From contig NC_081396.1 in NCBI RefSeq assembly GCF_030684315.1, forward strand, positions 186,001 to 250,000: a DNA stretch of 64,000 bases, given 5' to 3'. A model generated the notes under the pieces. It made no database searches and was not told the DNA's origin. It saw only the letters and a list, made by a program, of their open reading frames with translations. The translations under genes and the position numbers were made by a program. The stretch's first letter is position 1. Each line of letters begins with the position of its first letter. Of this stretch, positions 1 through 12,989 are shown one piece after another. Source of the stretch: Stegostoma tigrinum. Its lineage: Eukaryota.

Positions 1-3000
1 GGGAGGGGGGTGAGAGGGAGGGAGGGGGGTGAGAGAGAGGGAGGGAGGGGGGTGAGAGAGGGAGGGTGGAGGGGGGTGAGTGAGAGAGGGAGGGAGGGTG
101 GGGGGTGAGAGAGAGGGAGGGAGGGGGGTGTGAGAGAGGGAGGGAGGGGGGTGAGAGAGAGGGAGGGAGGGAGGGAGGGGGGTGAGAGAGAGGGAGGGAG
201 GGGGGGTGAGAGGGAGGGAGGGGGGTGTGAGAGAGGGAGGGAGGGGGGTGAGAGAGGGAGGGAGGGGGGTGAGAGAGGGAGGGTGGGGGGTGAGAGAGAG
301 GGAGGGAGGGAGGGGGGTGAGAGAGGGGAGGGAGGGAGGGGGGTGAGAGAGAGGGAGGGAGGGAGGGAGGGGGGGTGAGAGGGAGGGAGGGAGGGGGGGT
401 GAGAGGGAGGGAGGGAGGGAGGGGGGTGAGAGAGAGGGAGGGAGGGGAGGGAGGGGGGGTGAGAGGGAGGGAGGGAGGGGGGTGAGAGAGAGGGAGGGAG
501 GGAGGGGGGTGAGTGAGAGGGAGGGTGGGAGGGAGGTGGGTGAGAGGGAGGGAGGGAGGGAGGGGGTGTGGGTGAGAGAAGGAGGGAGGGGGTGTGAGAG
601 AGGGAGGGAGGGAGGGGGTGTGAGTGAGAGAGGGAGGGAGGGAGGGAGGGGGGTGAGAGAGAGGGAGGGAGGGGGGGTGAGAGAGAGGGAGGGAGGGAGG
701 GGGGTGAGTGAGAGGGAGGGTGGGAGGGAGGTGGGTGAGAGGGAGGGAGGGAGGGAGGGGGTGTGGGTGAGAGAAGGAGGGAGGGGGTGTGAGAGAGGGA
801 GGGAGGGAGGGGGTGTGAGTGAGAGAGGGAGGGAGGGAGGGGGGTGAGAGAGAGGGAGGGAGGGGGGTGAGAGAGAGGGAGGGAGGGAGGGAGGGGGGTG
901 AGAGAGAGGGAGGGAGGGGGGTGAGAGAGAGGGAGGGAGGGGGGTGAGAGAGAGNNNNNNNNNNNNNNNNNNNNNNNNNNNNNNNNNNNNNNNNNNNNNN
1001 NNNNNNNNNNNNNNNNNNNNNNNNNNNNNNNNNNNNNNNNNNNNNNNNNNNNNNNNNNNNNNNNNNNNNNNNNNNNNNNNNNNNNNNNNNNNNNNNNNNN
1101 NNNNNNNNNNNNNNNNNNNNNNNNNNNNNNNNNNNNNNNNNNNNNNNNNNNNNNNNNGGGGGGGTGAGAGAGAGGGAGGGAGGGAGGGAGGGGGGTGTGA
1201 GAGAGAGGGAGGGAGGGGGGTGAGAGAGAGGGAGGGAGGGAGGGGGGGTGAGTGAGAGGGAGGGTGGGAGGGAGGAGGGTGAGAGGGAGGGAGGGAGGGA
1301 GGGGGTGTGGGTGAGAGAAGGAGGGAGGGGGTGGGAGGGGGTGTGAGTGAGAGAAGGAGGGAGGGTGGGAGGGGGTGTGAGTGAGGGAGGGTGGGAGGGG
1401 GTGTGAGTGAGAGAGGGTGGGAGGGGGTGTGAGTGAGAGAAGGAGGGAGGGTGGGAGGGGGTGTGAGTGAGAGAAGGAGGGAGGGTGGGAGGGGGTGTGT
1501 GTGAGAAGGAGGGAGGGAGGGGGTGTGAGTGAGAGAAGGAGGGAGGGAGGGGGTGTGAGTGAGAGAAGGAGGGAGGGAGGGGGGGTGTGAGTGAGAGAAG
1601 GAGGGAGGGAGGGGGTGTGAGTGAGAGAAGGAGGGAGGGAGGGGGTGTGAGTGAGAGAAGGAGGGAGGGAGGGGGTGTGAGTGAGAGAAGGAGGGAGGGA
1701 GGGGGTGTGAGTGAGAGAAGGAGGGAGGGAGGGGGTGTGAGTGAGAGAAGGAGGGAGGGAGGGGGTGTGAGTGAGAGAAGGAGGGAGGGAGGGGGTGTGA
1801 GAGAAGGAGGGAGGGAGGGGGTGTGAGAGAAGGAGGGAGGGAGGGGGTGTGAGAGAAGGAGGGAGGGAGGGGGGTGTGAGAGAAGGAGGGAGGGAGGGGG
1901 TGTGAGAGAAGGAGGGAGGGAGTGGGTGTGAGAGAAGGAGGGAGGGAGGGGGTGTGAGTGAGAGAAGGAGGGAGGGAGGGGGTGTGAGTGAAGGAGGGAG
2001 GGGAGTGAGAGAGGAAGGGAGGGAGGGAGGGAGGGGGTGAGAAGGAGGGAGGGAGGGGGTGTGAGTGAGAGAGGGAGGGAGGGAGGGGGTGTGAGTGAGA
2101 GAGGGAGGGAAGGAGGGGGTGTGAGTGAGAGAAGGAGGGAGGGAGGGGGTGTGTGTGAGGAGGGAGGGGGTGTGAGTGAGAGAAGGAGGGAGGGAGGGGG
2201 TGTGAGTGAGAGAAGGAGGGAGNNNNNNNNNNNNNNNNNNNNNNNNNNNNNNNNNNNNNNNNNNNNNNNNNNNNNNNNNNNNNNNNNNNNNNNNNNNNNN
2301 NNNNNNNNNNNNNNNNNNNNNNNNNNNNNNNNNNNNNNNNNNNNNNNNNNNNNNNNNNNNNNNNNNNNNNNNNNNNNNNNNNNNNNNNNNNNNNNNNNNN
2401 NNNNNNNNNNNNNNNNNNNNNNNNNNNNNNNNNNNNNNNNNNNNNNNNNNNNNNNNNNNNNNNNNNNNNNNNNNNNNNNNNNNNNNNNNNNNNNNNNNNN
2501 NNNNNNNNNNNNNNNNNNNNNNNNNNNNNNNNNNNNNNNNNNNNNNNNNNNNNNNNNNNNNNNNNNNNNNNNNNNNNNNNNNNNNNNNNNNNNNNNNNNN
2601 NNNNNNNNNNNNNNNNNNNNNNNNNNNNNNNNNNNNNNNNNNNNNNNNNNNNNNNNNNNNNNNNNNNNNNNNNNNNNNNNNNNNNNNNNNNNNNNNNNNN
2701 NNNNNNNNNNNNNNNNNNNNNNNNNNNNNNNNNNNNNNNNNNNNNNNNNNNNNNNNNNNNNNNNNNNNNNNNNNNNNNNNNNNNNNNNNNNNNNNNNNNN
2801 NNNNNNNNNNNNNNNNNNNNNNNNNNNNNNNNNNNNNNNNNNNNNNNNNNNNNNNNNNNNNNNNNNNNNNNNNNNNNGGAGNNNNNNNNNNNNNNNNNNN
2901 NNNNNNNNNNNNNNNNNNNNNNNNNNNNNNNNNNNNNNNNNNNNNNNNNNNNNNNNNNNNNNNNNNNNNNNNNNNNNNNNNNNNNNNNNNNNNNNNNNNN

Positions 3001-6000
3001 NNNNNNNNNNNNNNNNNNNNNNNNNNNNNNNNNNNGGAGGGAGGGGGTGTGAGTGAGAGAGGGAGGGAGGGAGGGAGGGAGGGAGGGAGGGGGTGTGAGT
3101 GAGAGAGGGAGGGGGTGAGATTGAGAGAAGGAGGGAGGGAGGGGGTGTGAGTGAGAGAGGGACGGAGGGAGGGGGTGTGAGTGAGAGAAGGAGGGAGGGA
3201 GGGGTTGTGAGTGAGAGAGGGACGGAGGGAGGGGGTGTGAGTGAGAGAAGGAGGGAGGGAGTGGGTGTGAGTGAGAGAAGGAGGCAGGGGGTGTGAGTGA
3301 GAGGAGGAGGGTGGGAGGGAGCGGGTGTGAGTGAGAGGAGGAGGGTGGGAGGGAGCGGATGTGAGTGAGAGGAGGAGGGAGGGAGGGAGCGCAAGTGAGT
3401 GTGAGAGGAGGAGGGAGGGAGGGAGCAGATGTGAGTGAGAGAGGGAGGGAGGGAGGGGGTGTGAGTGAGAGAGGGAGGGAGGGAGGGGGTGTGAGTGAGG
3501 GAGGGAGGGAGGGGGTGTGAGTGAGAGAGGGAGGGAGGGAGGGGGTGTGAGTGAGAGAGGGAGGGAGGGAGGGGGTGTGAGTGAGAGAGGGAGGGAGGGG
3601 GTGTGAGTGAGAGAGGGAGGGAGGGAGGGAGGGGGTGTGAGTGAGAGAGGGAGGGAGGGAGGGGGTGTGAGTGAGAGAGGGAGGGAGGGAGGGGGTGTGA
3701 GTGAGGGAGGGAGGGGGTGAGATTGAGAGAAGGAGGGAGGGAGGGGGTGTGAGTGAGAGAGGGACGGAGGGAGGGGGTGTGAGTGAGAGAAGGAGGGAGG
3801 GAGGGGGTGTGAGTGAGAGAGGGACGGAGGGAGGGGGTGTGAGTGAGAGAAGGAGGGAGGGAGTGGGTGTGAGTGAGAGAAGGAGGGAGGGGGTGTGAGT
3901 GAGAGGAGGAGGGTGGGAGGGAGCGGGTGTGAGTGAGAGGAGGAGGGTGGGAGGGAGCGGATGTGAGTGAGAGGAGGAGGGAGGGAGGGAGCGCAAGTGA
4001 GTGTGAGAGGAGGAGGGAGGGAGGGAGCAGATGTGAGTGAGAGAGGGAGGGAAGGAGGGGGTCTGAGTGAGAGGAGGGAGGGAGGGAGGGGGTGTGAGTG
4101 AGAGGAGGGAGGGAGGGAGGGGGTGTGAGTGAGAGGAGGGAGGGAGGGAGGGGGTGTGAGTGAGAGAAGGAGGGAGGGAGGGGGTGTGAGTGAGAGAAGG
4201 AGGGAGGGTGGGAGGGGGTGTGAGTGAGAGAAGGAGGGAGGGTGGGAGGGGGTGTGAGTGAGAGAAGGAGGGAGGGTGGGAGGGGGTGTGAGTGAGAGAA
4301 GGAGGGAGGGTGGGAGGGGGTGTGAGTGAGAGAAGGAGGGAGGGTGGGAGGGGGTGTGAGTGAGAGGAGGGGGGAGGGTGGGAGGGGGTGTGAGTGAGAG
4401 AAGGAGGGAGGGTGGGAGGGGGTGTGAGTGAGAGAAGGAGGGAGGGTGGGAGGGGGTGTGTGTGAGAAGGAGGGTGGGAGGGGGTGTGTGTGAGAAGGAG
4501 GGAGGGAGGGGGTGTGAGTGAGAGAAGGAGGGAGGGAGGGGGTGTGAGTGAGAGAAGGAGGGAGGGAGGGGGTGAGTGAGAGAAGGAGGGAGGGAGGGGT
4601 GGTGAGTGAGAGAAGGAGGGAGGGAGGGGTTGTGAGTGAGAGAAGGAGGGAGGGAGGGAGGGGGTGTGAGTGAGAGAAGGAGGGAGGGAGGGGGTGTGAG
4701 TGAGAGAAGGAGGGAGGGGGTGTGAGTGAGAGAAGGAGGGAGGGGGTGTGAGTGAGAGAAGGAGGGAGGGGGTGTGAGTGAGAGAAGGAGGGAGGGAGGG
4801 GGTGTGAGTGAGAGAAAGAGGGAGGGGGTGTGAGTGAGAGAAGGAGGGAGGGAGGGGGTGTGAGTGAGAGAAGGAGGGAGGGAGGGGGTGTGAGTGAGAG
4901 AAGGAGGGAGGGAGGGGGTGTGAGTGAGAGAAGGAGGGAGGGAGGGGGTGTGAGTGAGAGAAGGAGGGAGGGAGGGGGTGTGAGTGAGAGAAGGAGGGAG
5001 GGAGGGGGTGTGAGTGAGAGAGGGAGGGAGGGGGTGTGAGTGAGAGAGGGAGGGAGGGGGTGTGAGTGAGAGAGGGAGGGNNNNNNNNNNNNNNNNNNNN
5101 NNNNNNNNNNNNNNNNNNNNNNNNNNNNNNNNNNNNNNNNNNNNNNNNNNNNNNNNNNNNNNNNNNNNNNNNNNNNNNNNNNNNNNNNNNNNNNNNNNNN
5201 NNNNNNNNNNNNNNNNNNNNNNNNNGGAGGGAGGGAGCGGGTGAGATTGAGAGAAGGAGGGAGGGAGGGGGTGTGAGTGAGAGAGGGACGGAGGGAGGGG
5301 GTGTGAGTGAGAGAAGGAGGGAGGGAGGGGGTGTGAGTGAGAGAGGGACGGAGGGAGGGGGTGTGAGTGAGAGAAGGAGGGAGGGAGGGGGTGTGAGTGA
5401 GAGAAGGAGGGAGGGGGTGTGAGTGAGAGGAGGAGGGTGGGAGGGAGCGGGTGTGAGTGAGAGGAGGAGGGTGGGAGGGAGCGGATGTGAGTGAGAGGAG
5501 GAGGGAGGGAGGGGGTGTGAGTGAGAGAAGGAGGGAGGGAGGGGGTGTGAGTGAGAGAAGGAGGGAGGGAGGGGGTGTGAGGGAGGGAGGGAGGGGGTGT
5601 GAGTGAGAGAAGGAGGGAGGGAGGGGGTGTGAGTGAGAGAAGGAGGGAGGGAGGGGGTGTGAGTGAGAGAAGGAGGGAGGGGGTGTGAGTGAGAGAAGGA
5701 GGGAGGGAGGGGGTGTGAGTGAGAGAAGGAGGGAGGGAGGGGGTGTGAGTGAGAGAAGGAGGGAGGGAGGGGGTGTGAGTGAGAGAAGGAGGGAGGGAGG
5801 GGGTGTGAGTGAGAGAAGGAGGGAGGGAGGGGGTGTGAGTGAGAGAAGGAGGGAGGGAGGGGGTGTGAGTGAGAGAGGGAGGGAGGGGGTGTGAGTGAGA
5901 GAGGGAGGGAGGGAGGGAGGGGGTGTGAGTGAGAGAGGGAGGGAGGGAGGGGGTGTGAGTGAGGGAGGGAGCGGGTGAGATTGAGAGAAGGAGGGAGGGA

Positions 6001-8128
6001 GGGGGTGTGAGTGAGAGAGGGACGGAGGGAGGGGGTGTGAGTGAGAGAAGGAGGGAGGGAGGGGGTGTGAGTGAGAGAGGGACGGAGGGAGGGGGTGTGA
6101 GTGAGAGAAGGAGGGAGGGAGGGGGTGTGAGTGAGAGAAGGAGGGAGGGGGTGTGAGTGAGAGAAGGAGGGAGGGAGGGAGGGGGTGTGAGTGAGAGAAG
6201 GAGGGAGGGAGGGAGGGAGGGGTGTGAGTGAGAGAAGGAGGGAGGGGGGTGTGAGTGAGAGAAGGAGGGAGGGAGGGAGGGGGTGTGAGTGAGAGAAGGA
6301 GGGAGGGGGTGTGAGTGAGAGAAGGAGGGAGGGGGTGTGAGTGAGAGAAGGAGGGAGGGGGGTGTGAGTGAGAGAAGGAGGGAGGAGGGGGTGTGAGTGA
6401 GAGAAGGAGGGAGGGAGGGGGTGTGAGTGAGAGAAGGAGGGAGGGAGGGAGGGGTGTGAGTGAGAGAAGGAGGGAGGGGGGAGGGGGTGTGAGTGAGAGA
6501 AGGAGGGAGGGGGTGTGAGTGAGAGAAGGAGGGAGGGAGGGAGGGGGTGTGAGTGAGAGAAGGAGGGAGGGAGGGAGGGGGTGTGAGTGAGAGAAGGAGG
6601 GAGGGTGGGGTGTGAGTGAGAGAAGGAGGGAGGGAGGGGGTGTGAGTGAGAGAAGGAGGGAGGGGGTGTGAGTGAGAGAAGGAGGGAGGGAGGGAGGGGG
6701 TGTGAGTGAGAGAAGGAGGGAGGGAGGGAGGGGGTGTGAGTGAGAGAAGGAGGGAGGGGGTGTGAGTGAGAGAAGGAGGGAGGGAGGGAGGGGGTGTGAG
6801 TGAGAGAAGGAGGGAGGGGGTGTGAGTGAGAGAAGGAGGGAGGGGGTGTGAGTGAGAGAAGGAGGGAGGGGGTGTGAGTGAGAGAGGAGGGAGGGAGGGA
6901 GGGGGTGTGAGTGAGAGAAGGAGGGAGGGAGGGAGGGGGTGTGAGTGAGAGAAGGAGGGAGGGGGTGTGAGTGAGAGGAGGGAGGGGGTGTGAGTGAGAG
7001 AAGGAGGGAGGGAGGGAGGGGGGTGTGAGTGAGGGAAGGAGGAGGGAGGGAGGGGGTGTGAGTGAGAGAGGGAGGGAGGGGGTGTGAGTGAGAGAAGGAG
7101 GGAGGGAGGGAGGGGGTGTGAGTGAGAGAAGGAGGGTGGGGGGTGTGAGTGAGAGAAGGAGGGAGGGGGTGTGAGTGAGAGAAGGAGGGAGGGGGTGTGA
7201 GTGAGAGAAGGAGGGAGGGGGTGTGAGTGAGAGAAGGAGGGAGGGGGGTGTGAGTGAGAGAAGGAGGGGGAGGGGGTGTGAGTGAGAGAAGGAGGGAGGG
7301 AGGGAGGGGTGTGAGTGAGAGAAGGAGGGAGGGGGTGTGAGTGAGAAGGAGGGAGGGAGGGAGGGGGTGTGAGTGAGAGAAGGAGGGAGGGAGGGGGTGT
7401 GAGTGAGAGAAGGAGGGAGGGAGGGGGTGTGAGTGAGAGAAGGAGGGAGGGAGGGAGGGGGTGTGAGTGAGAGAAGGAGGGTGTGAGGGGGTGTGAGTGA
7501 GAGAAGGAGGGTGTGAGGGGGTGTGAGTGAGAGAAGGAGGGAGGGAGGGGGTGTGAGTGAGAGAAGGAGGGAGGGAGGGGGTGTGAGTGAGAGAAGGAGG
7601 GAGGGAGGGGGTGTGAGTGAGAGAAGGAGGGAGGGAGGGAGGGGGTGTGAGTGAGAGAAGGAGGGAGGGAGGGGGTGTGAGTGAGAGAAGGAGGGTGTGA
7701 GGGGGTGTGAGTGAGAGAAGGAGGGTGTGAGGGGGTGTGAGTGAGAGAAGGAGGGTGTGAGGGGGTGTGAGTGAGAGAAGGAGGGTGTGAGGGGGTGTGA
7801 GTGAGAGAAGGAGGGAGGGAGGGGGTGTGAGTGAGAGAAGGAGGGAGGGAGGGGGTGTGAGTGAGAGAAGGAGGGTGTGAGGGGGTGTGAGTGAGAGAAG
7901 GAGGGAGGGAGGGGGTGTGAGTGAGAGAAGGAGGGAGGGAGGGGGTGTGAGTGAGAGAAGGAGGGAGGGAGGGAGGGGGTGTGAGTGAGAGAAGGAGGGA
8001 GGGAGGGGGTGTGAGTGAGAGAAGGAGGGAGGGAGGGAGGGGGTGTGAGTGAGAGAAGGAGGGTGTGAGGGGGTGTGAGTGAGAGAAGGAGGGAGGGAGG
8101 GGGTGTGAGTGAGAGAAGGAGGGAGGGA
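1..8128 (+). repeat. G/A-rich minisatellite (about 26-34 bp units, e.g. GAGGGAGGGAGGGGGTGTGAGTGAGAGAAG), interrupted by N gaps
   Basis: Directly visible tandem units with almost no C on the + strand. N runs at 955-1157, 2223-3035 and 5081-5225. The R/E/G-rich ORFs here are translations of the repeat. Confidence 0.97.
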
Positions 8129-9169
8129 CTCCGACAGACAGACAGTGACGGTGTGCCCGTTCCCCAGCGTTGTGCGTGGAGCTGGACCTCACTGTGTGCT
8201 GAAACACCCGGCCATGGGGTGGGGGTGCACGAGGAACCGGCTCTGTGTCCCCTCCGTGATCCTGGGCCGTGGGCTCCCACCTGCTCCAGGCCAGGGACAG
8301 GCAATGGAGATCCAGATGTGCCAGCAGCCTCCCTTCGAGCGAGCCCGCAGGGAGAGCTCACGGACCCAGCAGCAGCGAATGCTCTCGACCAGAAGTTGCG
8401 CCCCTCTCAAAACCTGTGGCCCCCACCCCCCTGTGCGCTGGAAGGCTCCCCCCACCTCCAGTGGAAGCCAGCCCACCCTGTCTGTTCCTCCTGCTGGCTA
8501 CGGTGGTGTGGCGGTGCCCTGGGCCATGCCTCGATCCGGGGAGAAAGCGGTGAGCTGAGGGCGGAGATATCAAATGTGCGCCTTTCTGCTGAGCTTTGGG
8601 AATGCTTTCCTTTCGATGCTGAGAAGCCCCCAAATGGGTGCGGGACAGGGAGGGAATGGAGGTACACAGGGACCTTCAGCATGGCTGGGGGAGGGTGCGG
8701 CGTGCAGCACTTCGCCCCGGGGGTTTTGTTCGATCAGGCGCGGGATGAAGGCCGAATGGCCTCCTCTGTTCAGTCCTTTTATCTTGCTGTGCGTTGCTCG
8801 CTCCATCCTCCCACCCCCCTCCATTCCTTCGGCGTCCCACAGGAATGAAGCCCTTTGTTGCCAGCGCACATTCCATGGTGTGTCCAATGCTGGGCGCTTC
8901 ATCTTTAGGTTTTGTAAAGTAGCGAGTGATCGCAGGGCTGATGGATTTCAGTCGGACAGCGGGAAGCAGGCAGAGTGTGGTTCTGGGTGACCGGCCTTCA
9001 ATGTTAAGCCCTGGCTCAGACACAAGCCTTTGGGACCACCTATGCACTGCAGTACTCCTACACACCCCCACCCCTCTGTTGTAGACATGGAAACTATCTC
9101 TACAACAGCACAAAATGCCTGCTTTGTCCCCGTACCTTTCAATCGCTTCAAAATCTAAACATTTCTCCA

Positions 9170-10330
9170 TACCTTTGGGTGACCTCCCCGCCCATGGCCT
9201 TCTGTGGTTAAGAATCCTTCAGGGTCTCCAGCCTCCAAATAAGGGAAATGTCTCCTCGTCTCAGTCCTGCCGCATCCCTGGAGGAACTTTAGTTCCAGAC
9301 TCGTCCCCCAAAGAAGACATCTTCCCTGCGTTTAGTCTGCTGCACATCGATTATCTTCCAATCTGATTCCCCCTGTTGTGAATACAGGCCCTGTCAAACT
9401 AACCCTCTACTCGAGGGACACTCCTGCCATCCTGATGAACCTCGCTCAGTGGCGAGAATATCCCCACCTGATGTTTTCCAAACCAGCCTGCTCAGAGATG
9501 TTATTACACAGCTTTTTGGAGTAGGTGTGACTCAGGCCTGGGTTCACCTAGCTCAGACGAGGGTACGGTACCACCAGAGGCCTCCTGTATAGCGAGACCA
9601 AACCGGTGTGCAGTATTCCTGGTGCCACATCGCCGAGGCTCTGTTTAAACAGCAGCAAACACACAAAGCAGGTGCAGCTGCAGGCCATTTGGCCCTTCGA
9701 GTCTGCTGCATTGTACACAATCATTGCTCAATAACCTGTTCCTGCCTTTCCCCCACACCCTATCATCCCTTTAGCCCCACGAGCAAAATCCAACTCCTCC
9801 TGAAATTGTACAATGGCCTGGCCTTGCCTGCTTTCCCCGGCCGCGAATTTTACAGGCTTCCCCCACGCTTGAGTGAGGACGTCTTGTTTCAGTCCGGACT
9901 GGTCTGCCCCTTCTCCTTAGATGTGAGCCCCCGGCTCTGCACTTGCCCCACCATCGGAACACTGCCCCAGCATCTACCTTGTCTTGGTCCGTTAGCATCT
10001 TGGAGGTTTGTATGAAACTCACCCTCCCCATCCAGTTCTCTAAACTCCAGCGAATGTAGCTCGAACCAATTCGCCCTATCCTCATATATCAGTCCTGTCA
10101 TCCTTGGAGTCGCTCCGATAAATGTTCACAGCGAGAACATCCAGCAAAAGCTACACAAATGTTCCAGGGGTGGTCTCACCAAGCCCCCTGTACAATTGCA
10201 GCTACTATCCTCTCGCTGTGAAGGGCAGCACACCATTTGATTTCCTAATGGCTCGTTGAACCTGCGCTCTCCTGTCCCTTTGGTATATTGGTGATGTTCA
10301 GTAATAGCTTCCTGTGGGAGGGAGTTATGC
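9170..10330 (-). mobile_element. Decayed CR1-type LINE 3' fragments
   Basis: Minus-strand fragments translate to CR1 RT C-terminal motifs, e.g. 'MTGLIYEDRANWFELHSLEFRE' and 'VRPPLEHLC'. Boundaries approximate. Confidence 0.7.
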
Positions 10331-11767
10331 ATCGTCGTTGCTTTCTGGGAAAAGACGTTGTCCCTGAATTCCTGACTGGATCTGTTATATTTCCAGAGTG
10401 GGCTGTGTATTTTCCACATAGGTAGGATTTGAGTCCTCGTCCCTGGGTCATAAGCTCAGGCGTTTGGAATCTTTAACCCCAGTCCCGCCTCTGTGTGTGC
10501 CCTGAGCCTGATTGCGACTGATGGTGGATTTTTCACTCCTTTCGGAGTGCTGGTAAGCTGCCTTTCGATTCTGTGTTGCTGGAATCAACACGGTTTGTGA
10601 GTTGTCGCCAAAGCCTTCCTAACAGTGGACAGCCTATGTGACCGCTGGTCTCCACCGCCTTTGCTCCAATGAGAATTGTCTGCCAGGCTTTTGTTTCTGG
10701 ACTTCTCATTCCTGTTTGACTTTATTTTCTGCAAGACCACTGCCAAGTCGTTTGACAAACGGCTAAGTCCTGCCCCCAGCAGCAGGAAAAACGAGGAGAG
10801 GGTGAGGAACAAAATTAAAGTGGGTTTGGGGACGAACAATGACTCCTAATTCCTGTTGGTGAAAGCTGGTTTGAATTTCTTTGCCGAGCGCGTATGGTTT
10901 CCTGATTTTGGTGATTTGTGTATCTCAAACATCCCCCCGCTCCCCCTCAGCCGCCTGAGACTTTTGCGCCCGGACATTTGGAAAGGTAGCGGGGGGGGTA
11001 GGGGGCGTGTTTGTAAGGATGAGGCTGTCCCTCTCTCAGCCTCCTGCAGCTGCTGAAGACGCCTTGACTGAAGCTGAAAATCGCCCTGCAGCCAGGTTGC
11101 TTTGTTTCTTTTTATTTTTTAGGAACCACACGTGAATTTATCCAGTCATTATTATCATGTTGCAGTTTGTGAGACTGTTGTGTGAATGAGACACTGCCCT
11201 GTCCAGTCGTCAGCAGTAGGGATGGAATTCAAAGGGTTACTTCAGTTTGGACTGTGACACGCTGCCGATGCGCACTGAACTGGCAAATGGTGCTAGGCGA
11301 ATGAATATCCCCCACGCCCCCCTCTTTGGTATATATTTATTGTACAGTGACAATCCCCTCTTTTCCCCATGTATGTACTGACGTTAATGCAATAAACTGT
11401 GAATTGATCCAATGCACTAATAGCTGTATAGACTTCTTCTAGCACCCTTAAGTCTCTATCAGCAAACGTCTTTCCAGCGCCTGTCCATAGATGCTGGTCT
11501 GGCAAGCAGCATCCATTAAAAAGAATTTTTTTTTGTAAAGATATCACCTGTGCTTTGCAATCTCCAACTGGAGACTTGCTGTCCTGACAATAACATAAGA
11601 AACAGAAATGTGAGTAGGTCATTCAGCCCCTTGAGCTGCCATTCAATAGGACCGCAGCTGATTTTTTAGCCCTCAAACCCATGCCGATCGAGATGGATGT
11701 GTTTTCAAATAAAACAGAAGCAGGCAGCCAGAAGACGTTTTGATTCAGCCCAGCATGGTTGGAGGGT

Positions 11768-12355
11768 TGGCACTGAGGAGCGGGCACTATCGGAAGGTCA
11801 GTGCTGAGGGAGCGGGCGCTGTCGGAGGGTCAGTGCTGAGGGAGCGGGCACTGTCGGAGGGTCAGCGCTGAGGGAGAGGGCACTGTCGGAGGGTGGCACT
11901 GAGGGAGTGGGCACTATCGGAGGGTCAGTGCTGAGGGAGTGGGCACTATCGGAGGGTCAGTGCTGAGGGAGCAGGCGCTGTCAGACGGTCAGTGCTGAGG
12001 GAGGGGGCACTGTCGGAGGGTCAGTGCTGAGGGAGTGGGCGCTGTCGGATGGTCAGTGCTGAGGGAGGGGGCACTGTCGGAGGGTCAGCGCTGAGGGAGC
12101 AGGCACTGTCGAAGGGTCAGTGCTGAGAGAGGGGGCACTGTCGGAGGGTCAGTGCTGAGGGAGTGGGTGCTGTCGGAGGGTCAGCGCTGATGGAGCGGGC
12201 ACTGTTGAAGGGTCAGTGCTGAGAGAGGGGGCACTGTTGGAGGGTCAGTGCTGAGGGAGGGGGCACTGTCGGAGGGTCAGCGCTGAGGGAGCGGGCGCTG
12301 TCGGAGGGTCAGCGCTGAAGGAGCGGGTGCTGTCGGAGGGTCAGTGCTGAGGGTG
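11768..12355 (+). repeat. 32-bp tandem minisatellite (CAGTGCTGAGGGAGCGGGCACTGTCGGAGGGT), about 18 copies
   Basis: Period of 32 seen directly (unit starts at 11801 and 11833). Resembles a widespread shark minisatellite family. Confidence 0.95.
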
Positions 12356-12361
12356 GACTGC

Positions 12362-12725
12362 GAGATCTGCAGAAGTTCCTCATGGGAATTGTCCTAGGCC
12401 CAACCATCTTCACATCCTTCATCAGTGACATTCTCTCCATCATGAGGCCAGAAGTTGGGATGTTCACCAATGATTGCATAATGTTCAGATCCATTCACAA
12501 CTCCCCAGGTGCTGAAGCAGTTGACGTTCAAATGCAACAAGATCTGGACAATATCCAAGTTTGGGCTGATAGCAGCCAGTAACATTCACGCCACACATGT
12601 GCCAGGCTGTGACCAACAAGAACAGATCTAATTGCCACCCCTTGTATTCAATGGCATCACTATTACTGAATTTCCTGCATTCAATTTCTGGTGGGTACCA
12701 TCGACCAGAAACTGAAGTGGACTGG
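12362..12725 (+). mobile_element. LINE (CR1/L2 clade) reverse transcriptase fragment
   Basis: ORF 12382 'GIVLGPTIFTSFISD...GMFTNDC...MQQDLDNIQVWAD' matches the QGSVLGP...FADD...LQxDLD RT motifs. Confidence 0.8.
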
Positions 12726-12764
12726 GTGGTGCTTCCTCAGAATTGGAAAATTCTAACAGATACT

Positions 12765-12975
12765 GGGCAGCACGGTGGCTCAGTGGTTGGCACTGCAGCC
12801 TCACAGCGCCAGGGACCCAGGCTCAATTCCAGCCTTGGGCAACTGCCTGTGTGGAGTTTGCACATTCTCCCCGTGTCTGCGTGGGTTTCCTCCGGGTACT
12901 CTACTTTCCTGCCACAGTTGGAGGATGTGCTGGGTGAGGTGGATTAGCAATGGGAAATGCAGGTTTACAGGAATA
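12765..12975 (+). mobile_element. HE1-like tRNA-derived SINE (V-SINE)
   Basis: tRNA-like head (A box GGTGGCTCAGTGG, degenerate B box GGCTCAATTCC), then the V-domain core TGTGTGGAGTTTGCACATTCTCCCCGTGTCTGCGTGGGTTTCCTCCGGG. Confidence 0.88.
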
Positions 12976-12989
12976 TGGTAGGGTAGAAG

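Noticed and set aside
130-6156. R/E/G-rich ORFs and X-filled ORFs
   Set aside because: Translations of the G/A minisatellite and N gaps.
8075-8990. Overlapping long ORFs in GC-rich sequence
   Set aside because: No recognisable domain; open frames on both strands are expected at this GC content.
11768-12355. 32-bp repeat array as a CRISPR
   Set aside because: Head-to-tail units without unique spacers, in a vertebrate context.
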